A DNA stretch of 64,000 bases, from NCBI GenBank assembly GCA_049510745.1, contig JBEKYR010000005.1, positions 1 through 64,000 on the forward strand. Reading direction: 5' to 3'. The notes below the pieces were generated by a model. That model was not told where the DNA came from. It was given only the letters and a program-made list of their open reading frames with translations, and searched no databases. Both the position numbers and the translations under genes were made by a program. Shown here piece by piece: positions 23,689 through 31,900 of the stretch. The first letter of the stretch is position 1, and each line of letters opens with the position of its first letter. Source of the DNA: Verrucomicrobiota bacterium. Lineage in GTDB: Bacteria > Verrucomicrobiota > Verrucomicrobiia > Limisphaerales > Palsa-1400.

Positions 23689-24831
23689 TCATTTGATCTG
23701 CCCGTGCAGGGCCGCCTTGGCGAATTCTCCCGAGGCCGTCAGTTCGTAGTCCCAATTCCGCAGCAGCGATGGTCCCCATTCCGGATCGAAACACCAGACT
23801 GCCCAACTGATGCCCTTGCGCTCGAGATACTTGATGATGGCCGGGCCATAGGCGGCTTCGCGATGGTCTCTTCCGGCGGACTCCGCCGCCGGCGGCGGGG
23901 CGTTGGTGGATGGCGGCCTGGCGAAGCCGCCGAACTCGGTGGCGATCACCGGGTAGTTGGCGGCGGCGAAACCGAAATCCTCCTCCCATTTCGGTTCCCA
24001 CGGTTGCGACCGCTTGTTCGAATAGGGGTGCGTCGTATAGGCGATGCCCTCGGCGGCAATCGGATTGAGGCGCAGGGGCGTGAGATCGTACGCCCAGTCA
24101 AATCCGGCCACCAGCGGAATGACCTGTGGATTGTACGCGCGGATCAGCGTGATCTCCTCCTCAACGGTTCTCTTCCAATCAGACCAGGAGACCGGGCCGA
24201 GTTGCTCCCGATAGGTCGTCGGCTCGTTGAACAGCTCGAAGAACGCCACCGTGTTGTGGCCGGCGTAATGCCGCGCCATGGTGCGCCAGAAATTGCAGGT
24301 TTCCTTCTTTGTCGTTTCGTACATCGGGTCCTGGAACACTTCCGTCTCCAGGTTGCCGATCGTATGCCAGTCGATTATGACGTACATTCCCAGTTCCGTA
24401 CACCAGCCCACCGCCTGGTCGAGCAGTTTGATGTATTCCGCCGGGGTCCGCTCCCGCCACGCCACCGGATGGACCGGGATGCGGACCAGCGTCGCGCCCA
24501 TTTCCTTGACCTTGACGAAATGGTCCTTGCTCCAATGCCCCTGCATCTCGAGTTTGTCCGGATCCGAAATGGACAATCCGCGGAACAGCACCGTGTTCCC
24601 GCCGGGGTCCACCAACTTGTTTCCCTTGACCGCTATCACCGGCATCTGCTTGTTGTTGGCGGCATAGGGTCTCTCGCCCGGAGCGGTATCCAGCCACCAC
24701 GCGTGGAATCTCTTTGGCGCGTTGGTTGGCCCGGATTGCGCCGGTGGGTTGGTGTTCTGGCCGAAGGCGATGGGTTGAAGGCACAGTATCGCCCACCCAA
24801 TCGCGCCGAGGGCCGTGATTCTTGTTTTCAT
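23689..24831 (-). CDS. GH5 endoglucanase-like, exported
   Basis: GMYVIIDWH, FELFNEP (acid/base), YTTHPY, PVIATEFG (nucleophile). Confidence 0.92.
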   Translation of the reverse strand: MKTRITALGAIGWAILCLQPIAFGQNTNPPAQSGPTNAPKRFHAWWLDTAPGERPYAANNKQMPVIAVKGNKLVDPGGNTVLFRGLSISDPDKLEMQGHWSKDHFVKVKEMGATLVRIPVHPVAWRERTPAEYIKLLDQAVGWCTELGMYVIIDWHTIGNLETEVFQDPMYETTKKETCNFWRTMARHYAGHNTVAFFELFNEPTTYREQLGPVSWSDWKRTVEEEITLIRAYNPQVIPLVAGFDWAYDLTPLRLNPIAAEGIAYTTHPYSNKRSQPWEPKWEEDFGFAAANYPVIATEFGGFARPPSTNAPPPAAESAGRDHREAAYGPAIIKYLERKGISWAVWCFDPEWGPSLLRNWDYELTASGEFAKAALHGQIK

Positions 24832-24884
24832 ATTTCTGTTCGTTTGGAGGAGTTTGATTTCGGTCTGCTTGCCGCCTCGTCAGT

Positions 24885-26876
24885 TCACGGATTCCCGGCC
24901 AGGCTCGTGAAGCTCATGCCGTCCAACGGCAGTTCCACCGTGTCCTGGACGACCGGCGCGCGCCCGCTCTCCTGCATGCCGCGGCGGCTGTCGGTCACGA
25001 ATACGCGCATTTCTTTGACGCCCGCCGGCAGCCCGGAGACGGTGGCCGTTCGCGCCGCGCCGTTGTTGACCAAATGCACCACGCACGCGCCGTGATCCTC
25101 AAACGCGCACGCGGCCACCCGCGGGTTGTCGGAGGTGATCGGCATGGCCGTGGCATCCGCCGCCGTCATGCCGAGTTGTTTGATTTGCCAGAAGCGCTGC
25201 GCCGGTTCCAGCGCCCGGCCGCCTGTCCCGCCGGTGAGGATTGAATAATCCGCCGTCAACTGCCAATGCAAAATGGACCGCGGCTGGGCCACGCGGCAAA
25301 TCTCGACGTACTGGGCGATTTCGTCGAGGCAAAACCAGGGTTCGAGGAAGATGGCTCGATACTGGTGCGCCTCCGGGTCCAGGCCGCCCTCGGCCACCAG
25401 CAGCGGCACGCCGAGTTGCCGTGCCGCCGCGCTGAAATGCGTGTATTGTTCGGTCGTGCCGCCGCGCCAGGAATGGAACGACACCGCGCCAATGTATTTG
25501 CCCGCTTCGGGATCGGCCAGCGCCACGTCGATGAACTTGTCCCCCGCGGGGTTGCCCGTGTCGCCCAGGACCATTCGGGTCTTCAGTCCGCGCGACGCAA
25601 AACAGGACCCCAAACGCTTGATGGCGTCGGCGTGCTCCTGCGGACTTTGCAGCACGTTGATGCCCATGTCGGATTCGTTGAACGAGAAAAGCACCGGCTC
25701 GGCGTTGTAGGTTTGTTTCATGTATTCCAAGTACGAACCGATGCACTGGCACACTTTATCCCATTGGCCGGGATTGATGCGCGCCCGTCCCCCGCGCCCT
25801 CCGCCGTTCGTCGCCAAGGCCCAACTCGGGGCGGACCAGACGCTGATGACCGTGGGGATGTTTTTCCGGGCGAGCTTCTGCGCCATCTCCATCGCCTGGC
25901 GGACGTTTGCGTTCAACGTGCCTGTCCTGGCGCCCGCAACCGGGTCGGTGTCTTCGTTTGGCTGCCATCGGTCCAGCGGCATGGCCACCCGGCCCCAGGC
26001 CACGCGCAGGTGGTCGAGGTTGTACTGAATCGGGCCTGCGTCGGCCGGGCTTTGCAGGCGGAAGTTGCCGCCCATGCCGTCGAACTTCCGGCCCGGCCGC
26101 GATGCATCCAGCGCGAGTCTGGCGGGAGATTTGTCCACGTCTCCCGTCGCTTTGATCGTGAATGCGGCGCGAACGTCCTGTCCATTCGTCAGGTTCCCCA
26201 GACTGAGGGGGAAGGAAACTTCGACGTCGCCGTTGCCGCGGGTGCCCACGTCTTGGATGATCAACTCCACCGGCGCGGGCAATTCAAGCTCAATCTGCCG
26301 TCGCGGCGAAACCACACGCGCGCCTCGGGCCGTTGCGCGCAGGTGGAGGTTCGTGCCGGAGGAACGGGCGGCGGCCAGCGGGATGGGCGTTCCCTCCGCC
26401 GAAGTCGGCGCGATCAACTGAGCCGAGCCGCCGGCGTAATCGGCGCCGGGCAGCGCGAGGGCAAAAAACACCCCCTGCATGGGTGTGTTCGTCGTTGCAG
26501 TAATCTCAATCCCGGCCTCAACCGTTCCCGGAGCAACATCCTTGAAGACGGCGCGATAGCTCGCTCCAGCGGACGGCGTCCCGCCGCGAAAGCCGCCGCC
26601 CGCGCCACTGCGCCGGTCGCCGCCGGTGAGGCTGCCTCTCACAATCAGCGCGCCGCCCTCGCGGGAGAACCGTCCCCAGCCAACCTCTCCCTGGCCCTGC
26701 TCCGCCGCGCCGGGAACGACCGCCCGGAGGCTCGTGCTGAAAGCCATCAACTCTCCATCGACCCGTATCCCGCGAAGGTTTCCCGACCCGGCGCACTCCA
26801 CCTGCCCAAAGACCGCGGCGCTCCAGGACCCCAGAAGAAAGAGCGACCCGGCGATCCAATTATATGGGGTGCTCAT
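24885..26876 (-). CDS. Clan GH-A glycoside hydrolase (GH30-like) with a long N-terminal extension
   Basis: ISVWSAPSW, FSFNESD, VSFHSW, LLVAEGG, then a C-terminal beta-sandwich; signal-like N-terminus. Confidence 0.65.
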   Translation of the reverse strand: MSTPYNWIAGSLFLLGSWSAAVFGQVECAGSGNLRGIRVDGELMAFSTSLRAVVPGAAEQGQGEVGWGRFSREGGALIVRGSLTGGDRRSGAGGGFRGGTPSAGASYRAVFKDVAPGTVEAGIEITATTNTPMQGVFFALALPGADYAGGSAQLIAPTSAEGTPIPLAAARSSGTNLHLRATARGARVVSPRRQIELELPAPVELIIQDVGTRGNGDVEVSFPLSLGNLTNGQDVRAAFTIKATGDVDKSPARLALDASRPGRKFDGMGGNFRLQSPADAGPIQYNLDHLRVAWGRVAMPLDRWQPNEDTDPVAGARTGTLNANVRQAMEMAQKLARKNIPTVISVWSAPSWALATNGGGRGGRARINPGQWDKVCQCIGSYLEYMKQTYNAEPVLFSFNESDMGINVLQSPQEHADAIKRLGSCFASRGLKTRMVLGDTGNPAGDKFIDVALADPEAGKYIGAVSFHSWRGGTTEQYTHFSAAARQLGVPLLVAEGGLDPEAHQYRAIFLEPWFCLDEIAQYVEICRVAQPRSILHWQLTADYSILTGGTGGRALEPAQRFWQIKQLGMTAADATAMPITSDNPRVAACAFEDHGACVVHLVNNGAARTATVSGLPAGVKEMRVFVTDSRRGMQESGRAPVVQDTVELPLDGMSFTSLAGNP

Positions 26877-26896
26877 GGCAAAGGAATCCTTGCGGC

Positions 26897-28114
26897 TTAA
26901 ATCTTCCGCTCGATCATTTCCATCATGAGCAGGCAGTAGGCCGTGTCCAGGACGGGGTCTTTTTCCCACCAACGGCCATTATCGTTGCTCCAGGAGCCGT
27001 CGGCTTTTTGGAGATTGATGAGCTTGAGGGCCAGTTGCTGGCGCCAATTGATTTTCCAGCCATCCTTGGTTTCCAATGTGTCCAGGTTGCACAGCGTCAG
27101 GGCCTTGGTCATGACAAAATAGTAGTAAAAAAGGCCTTGCGCGCCGAGGCCGGGGTTTTCGTCGAGCGTGAAATTGCCGCGCAACCAGTCCAGCGCCGCC
27201 GTCACGCGGGGATCGTCCAGCTTGAGATCGGCGTAAATGTAACTGAGCAAACCGGCGTAACTCATGCTCCCGTACGAACGCAAGGCCACCCGGCCCGAAG
27301 GCAGGTTGGTCTGCCCCGCGTAGCTCACGCCCGGCGTGTAAATGAACCCGCCCTTGTTTTGCGGATCGTCCGACGCCCAGCTCTCCTTGTTGTAGCCGGG
27401 CAGATTCTGGCAGCTTTGCACAAAATGGATCGCCGCCTGCCAGTTCAAATCGCCGGTGACAGGGCCGGCCTTGTCCTCGGTGGGTCGCTTGGTGTAATAG
27501 AGCGCCTCCAACACCTGCATGGTGCTGGCCAGGTCGGGCCGTTTGTCTTTCGGGACGCCGTAGCCGAAGCCGCCGGTGAGGGCGCTGTTGGTGTTGCCCT
27601 CCTGGCCCTCGGCAAATTGCAGGCCAATGAGGAACTTCCTGCCCGCGGCGATGGTCGCGGCGTATTCGGGCGGATGGCCGATGACCAGCGCCATCAAAAC
27701 CACCGCCGTGTTGTAACTGGCCAGGCCATTGCGATAAATGCCGCCGTCCGGCTGCACGCACGACATGAGGTAGGCGTAGCCCTTTTTCACCGCCGACGAT
27801 TGCTCCGCTTGTTCGTCCAAGCGCCCGGTTCTTCCCCTGATGGCGACCAGGACCATGGCGGTGAGGGCGGGTTGATCCTCGGAGGACCAGGAGCCGTTGG
27901 TGCTTTGGTTCTTTTCCAACCAGGCCACTCCCTTATCGACGGCGTGCCGCACTTCATTCTGCATCGAAATATCCGGCTCCGAGATGAGCTTGGGCGCGTT
28001 TTGCGCCGCGCCGCTCCAGACCATCGCGGCGGACGACACAACAACGGCGGCGCCGCGAAAAATTCGGCGGCAGTCCGCGAGACCCGGCAAATTTGCGGTC
28101 AGGGCATTCTTCAT
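26897..28114 (-). CDS. Prenyltransferase/squalene-cyclase repeat (alpha/alpha barrel) protein, probably exported
   Basis: QW-like repeats: WLEKNQSTNGSW, CVQPDGG, LINLQKADGSW; GGFGY, GGFIY, YGSMSYAGL. Confidence 0.8.
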   Translation of the reverse strand: MKNALTANLPGLADCRRIFRGAAVVVSSAAMVWSGAAQNAPKLISEPDISMQNEVRHAVDKGVAWLEKNQSTNGSWSSEDQPALTAMVLVAIRGRTGRLDEQAEQSSAVKKGYAYLMSCVQPDGGIYRNGLASYNTAVVLMALVIGHPPEYAATIAAGRKFLIGLQFAEGQEGNTNSALTGGFGYGVPKDKRPDLASTMQVLEALYYTKRPTEDKAGPVTGDLNWQAAIHFVQSCQNLPGYNKESWASDDPQNKGGFIYTPGVSYAGQTNLPSGRVALRSYGSMSYAGLLSYIYADLKLDDPRVTAALDWLRGNFTLDENPGLGAQGLFYYYFVMTKALTLCNLDTLETKDGWKINWRQQLALKLINLQKADGSWSNDNGRWWEKDPVLDTAYCLLMMEMIERKI

Positions 28115-28235
28115 GGCAGTCAATGGATTGTCCGCCCATGAGCTTACGGCCAGCGCCCCGCCAGTCAAGATGACACCTTCGCCGACGCTCTTTATGGGCG
28201 AACCTGCCATCCAGGCGGATTTTTTGGGTAGCCCC

Positions 28236-28299
28236 TCATAATCATAATCGTAATCATAATCCCTGCCCTCCGGAAGGTGGAGCGGGATTAAGATTAGGA
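28236..28299. repeat. TAATC(A/G) hexamer run with an inverted GATTA arm
   Basis: TCATAATCATAATCGTAATCATAATCCC ... GGGATTAAGATTAGGA. Confidence 0.7.
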
Positions 28300-28398
28300 A
28301 CCGGAAACCGCCACCCCAAGCAGTGAAATGCGCCTGCGACCATTTGGGAGCGGGTTCGGCGCTTGGCAGACAGGCCTTGTCCGTGTTAAACTGTCCGC

Positions 28399-28638
28399 GT
28401 GAAAACAATTTCAACTTCGCAACTTCGTTCGCGGACACGCTCGCTGGTGCGCGCGTTGGAAAAGGGCGCGACCGTGTCGCTCACTTATCGCGGCCGCAAG
28501 CTCGCGAACATCTGGCCGCTGAAGTTGAAAAACGGCGTGGGCGCCGATGACCCGCTTTACCGTTTTCATCGTCTCGCCAACAAGTTGGCCAAGCCGCTGA
28601 CCGACCGGCAAATTGACCGGCTTGTTTATGGCCCCTGA
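28399..28638 (+). CDS. Phd/YefM-like antitoxin
   Basis: MKTISTSQLRSRTRSLVRALEKGATVSLTYRGRKLANIWP, a Phd pattern; overlaps the PIN gene. Confidence 0.8.
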   Translation: MKTISTSQLRSRTRSLVRALEKGATVSLTYRGRKLANIWPLKLKNGVGADDPLYRFHRLANKLAKPLTDRQIDRLVYGP

Positions 28639-29047
28639 ACCGTTGTTCATTGACACCGGCGGCTTTTACGCTTTGGTGTCGGCGGAAAGCGCGGCGCACG
28701 CGGAGGCGGTTGCCATTATGGAAGAGGCCCGGCGCGCCACGCGCCGCGCGGTTACCACTGATTACGTTTTGGACGAAACCGCCACTCTATTGCGCGCCCG
28801 TGGATTGACGAAGCTGTTGAAGGAATTTCTGGGGCTCACGGAGGCCTCGCAGGCGTTGAGCATCGAATGGATGACGCCCGACCGCTTCGCGGCGGCGCGG
28901 GGATTCATGTTGAAACATCTCGATCAGCAATTCTCGTTTACGGATTGCGCGAGTTTTGTCGTGATGAAGGAACTGCGGTTGCTGGACGCGCTGGCGACGG
29001 ATAAACATTTCCGCATTGCGGGATTTAATCCCTTGCTGTTGGAGTAA
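28628..29047 (+). CDS. VapC-type PIN toxin
   Basis: LFIDTGGFYA, TTDYVLDETATL, FSFTDCASFVVM, LATDKHF. Confidence 0.9.
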   Translation: MAPEPLFIDTGGFYALVSAESAAHAEAVAIMEEARRATRRAVTTDYVLDETATLLRARGLTKLLKEFLGLTEASQALSIEWMTPDRFAAARGFMLKHLDQQFSFTDCASFVVMKELRLLDALATDKHFRIAGFNPLLLE

Positions 29048-29069
29048 GGCCGGCGGTTCTGTCCTGCCG

Positions 29070-30392
29070 TCAACCGCGCCGCGCGTAGGGCAGATGCCAG
29101 GGCTTGCGGTATTTGACGCCCACCAGCCTGTCCGCTTCCTTGTCGTCCACGACTTTTTCGTTGACAGGGTCCCAGACGATCTTGCGGCCGGTGCGATAGG
29201 CGATGTTGCCCAGGTGGGCAAGGGTGGACACACGATGGCCGATCTCCAGGTTGAGCACCGGCGGCCGGCGCGATTTGACGCACTCCAGAAAATTGCGCAC
29301 GTGGGCCGGGCGCGGGTCGCCGCTGCCGGGCCTCCGGGCCGAGTCGAGGTTGGCCCGCTTTTTCTCGGTGATGATCTCCCAGCCTTCGTCGTTGAGAATG
29401 ATCGTCGCCTCGGTGCCGCTCCAGGCCACGCCCCAGGAACGGCCGTTCAAGCCGTTGTTCAATCCGGCCCGGTGCTCCCATACCAGTTGGTAAGAGGGGA
29501 ACTCATAGACCGTCACCTGCGAATCGGGCGTTTCGGAATCATCGTCAAATATAAACTTGCCGCCGCAGGACGACACCGTCCGGGGCGCGTCGGCGGGCAT
29601 TCCCATTTCGATCATGTTGATCAAATGCACGCCCCAGTCGGTCATCAAGCCCCCGGCGTAATCCCAAAACCAGCGGAAATTGAATATGAACCGGTTCGGA
29701 TTGAAGGGCCGTTTCGGGGCGGGGCCGAGCCAAAAATCGTAATCCACCCCCGCGGGCGGCGGGCCGTCGGGCTTGTGGCCGATGGTGGGCAGCCAGTCCA
29801 GATAAGCCCAGCCGCGCGCCAGGCCGACTTTGCCCAGCTTGCCCGATTTGATCAGGTCGGTGGCCTCGATGATGTGCCGGCAACTGCGCCACTGCGATCC
29901 CATCTGCACGATGCGATCGTGCCGCCGGACCGCCTCGACCATCGCGCGCCCCTCGTCGATCGTCTTGGCCAGCGGTTTCTCGGTATAGACATCCTTGCCC
30001 GCCTGGCAGGCCGACACGGTCGCCAGCGCGTGCCAGTGGTCCGGGGTGGCGTTGACGATGATATCGACGTCTTTGCGGTCCAGAACGCGGCGGAAATCCT
30101 TGACCGCATCGGGCTTGCGGCCGCGTTGCTCCTGGCAGATTTCCAGGCCTTTGGCGATCTGCTCATCGGCCACGTCGCAAATCACCGCGCATTCGATTTC
30201 CGGATTGAGGAAAAAGCATTTCAAATCGCCCTGGCCCATCCCGCCACAGCCGATGAGGCCGAGGCGGACCTTGTCGTTTGCGCCCGGCTCACCGGCGCGG
30301 ACCGAACGGATGAAGGGGGCGTTGCAGGCGCCAAGGGCGGCGGCGGCCAGGGCGGTTTTGCCGAGAAATTTGCGACGGGTCAACGGTTGCAT
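29070..30392 (-). CDS. Tat-exported Gfo/Idh/MocA oxidoreductase
   Basis: TRRKFL twin-arginine signal; LGLIGCGGMG, ATPDHWH, VYTEKP, DWGVH. Confidence 0.92.
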   Translation of the reverse strand: MQPLTRRKFLGKTALAAAALGACNAPFIRSVRAGEPGANDKVRLGLIGCGGMGQGDLKCFFLNPEIECAVICDVADEQIAKGLEICQEQRGRKPDAVKDFRRVLDRKDVDIIVNATPDHWHALATVSACQAGKDVYTEKPLAKTIDEGRAMVEAVRRHDRIVQMGSQWRSCRHIIEATDLIKSGKLGKVGLARGWAYLDWLPTIGHKPDGPPPAGVDYDFWLGPAPKRPFNPNRFIFNFRWFWDYAGGLMTDWGVHLINMIEMGMPADAPRTVSSCGGKFIFDDDSETPDSQVTVYEFPSYQLVWEHRAGLNNGLNGRSWGVAWSGTEATIILNDEGWEIITEKKRANLDSARRPGSGDPRPAHVRNFLECVKSRRPPVLNLEIGHRVSTLAHLGNIAYRTGRKIVWDPVNEKVVDDKEADRLVGVKYRKPWHLPYARRG

Positions 30393-30515
30393 AAGACAAT
30401 CAAATCAGTGTTTCGGTTACGGCCGCAATCTAAGACAAGTCCGGCGCCGGCACAACACAACATATCCGCGCTCCGACTTTTCCCGCCGGATGTTCCGACC
30501 CCGCGGAATCGCGTT

Positions 30516-30532
30516 AGCATCCGGCGTGCCAA
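30516..30532 (-). promoter_or_regulatory. Putative sigma-54 (-24/-12) promoter for the Gfo/Idh/MocA gene
   Basis: The minus strand reads TTGGCACG-CCGG-ATGCT, a close match to TGGCACG-N4-TTGCW, ~125 nt upstream of the start. Confidence 0.55.
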
Positions 30533-30631
30533 CGGCAGTCCCAAGTTTTGGCCATAGGGGAAGGCGTCTCTATATGGTTGCAACGGGCCGCGAATGGATT
30601 CCAATGGAGCCGTGCCAGTCACCAGATTTCG

Positions 30632-31900
30632 ATGAAATACCGCGTCGCCACCGGGATGGGCTTGCTGCTCGCGCTCGCGTCCGCCAGTTGGAAACTCCTG
30701 GCCGATGAACCGCCGCTGGAATGGGTGGACCCGGATACCGGCCATCGCATCATCCGGCTCTCGCGCGACGGGGGAACGGAGGGCCTTTACTTCCATCAAA
30801 ACGCCTTCACGCCGCAAGGCGACAAAATGGTGATGTTGACGCCGGACGGCGTTGCGACCGTCGATCTGAAAACGCGGCAAATCGATCTGGTCGTGCCGGG
30901 GGTCGCGCGGACGACCAATTCCGTCGCCGGGGTGGTTGTGGGACGCCAGAGCCGCACGGTGTATTACTCGCGCTGGAACGGGAGCAACAGCCTGGCTTAC
31001 GCGACCGATCTGGACACGCACGCCACGCGCCAGATCGGCCTGCTGCCGGGGAGCGGACGAGGGGCGTCGGTAGCCACGGTCAACGCGGACGAAACCTGGC
31101 TGGCGGGCAGTTACCTGGAAGAACGTCCAACCAACCTGGCCCGCGTCTTTCGCGATTCGCGGCGCAGCAAAGGCCAATGGATGCAGGAACGCTTCCAAAT
31201 GCGCCTGCCGATGCGGCTTTTTATCATGGACATCAAAACCGGCGCGGTCCGCACCTTCCATCCCTCGACCGATTGGCTCAACCACGTCCAGGCTTCGCCG
31301 TCGGACCCGGATTTGCTTATGTTTTGCCACGAAGGGCCGTGGCAACTGCTGGACCGCATCTGGACCATCCGGCCCAGCGGCGGCGAACCGCAACTCATCC
31401 ACCGCCGCGCGATGGAACTGGAAATCGCCGGGCACGAATTTTTCGGCGCGGACGGAAAAATGATCTGGTACGATCTGCAAACGCCGCGCGGCGAGGATTT
31501 CTGGGTCGGCGGCTATGACATCGCCACCGGACAACGGACGCGCTATCACCTGGAACGCAACCAGTGGTCGGTCCACTTCAACGTCTCGCGGGACGGCACG
31601 CTCTTTGCCGGCGACGGCGGCGACGAGGGGATGGTGGCCCACGCCCCGGACGGCAAATGGATTTACCTGTTCCGGCCCGAACTGGAGCGCCCGCGCGGCG
31701 GGGCGGCGGCGCCGGAGAGCGCGGGCCTGATCAAGCCCGGCGTCTTTCACGCCGAGCGTCTTGTCAACATGAAAAAACACGATTACAGCCTGGAGCCGAA
31801 CGTCCATTTCACGCCCGACGGCAAATGGATTGTTTTCCAGTCCAACATGTTTGGGCCGGAGCACGTCTTCGCCGTCGAGGTGGCCAGGAATGAAAACTAA
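30632..31900 (+). CDS. Oligogalacturonate lyase-family beta-propeller protein, exported
   Basis: WVDPDTGHRIIRLS, YFHQNAFT, WLNHVQ, MFCHEGPW, GHEFF. Confidence 0.85.
   Translation: MKYRVATGMGLLLALASASWKLLADEPPLEWVDPDTGHRIIRLSRDGGTEGLYFHQNAFTPQGDKMVMLTPDGVATVDLKTRQIDLVVPGVARTTNSVAGVVVGRQSRTVYYSRWNGSNSLAYATDLDTHATRQIGLLPGSGRGASVATVNADETWLAGSYLEERPTNLARVFRDSRRSKGQWMQERFQMRLPMRLFIMDIKTGAVRTFHPSTDWLNHVQASPSDPDLLMFCHEGPWQLLDRIWTIRPSGGEPQLIHRRAMELEIAGHEFFGADGKMIWYDLQTPRGEDFWVGGYDIATGQRTRYHLERNQWSVHFNVSRDGTLFAGDGGDEGMVAHAPDGKWIYLFRPELERPRGGAAAPESAGLIKPGVFHAERLVNMKKHDYSLEPNVHFTPDGKWIVFQSNMFGPEHVFAVEVARNEN

Noticed and set aside
26897..28114. True squalene-hopene cyclase
   Set aside because: It is about 400 aa with a single barrel, has a signal-like N-terminus and lacks the DXDD motif.
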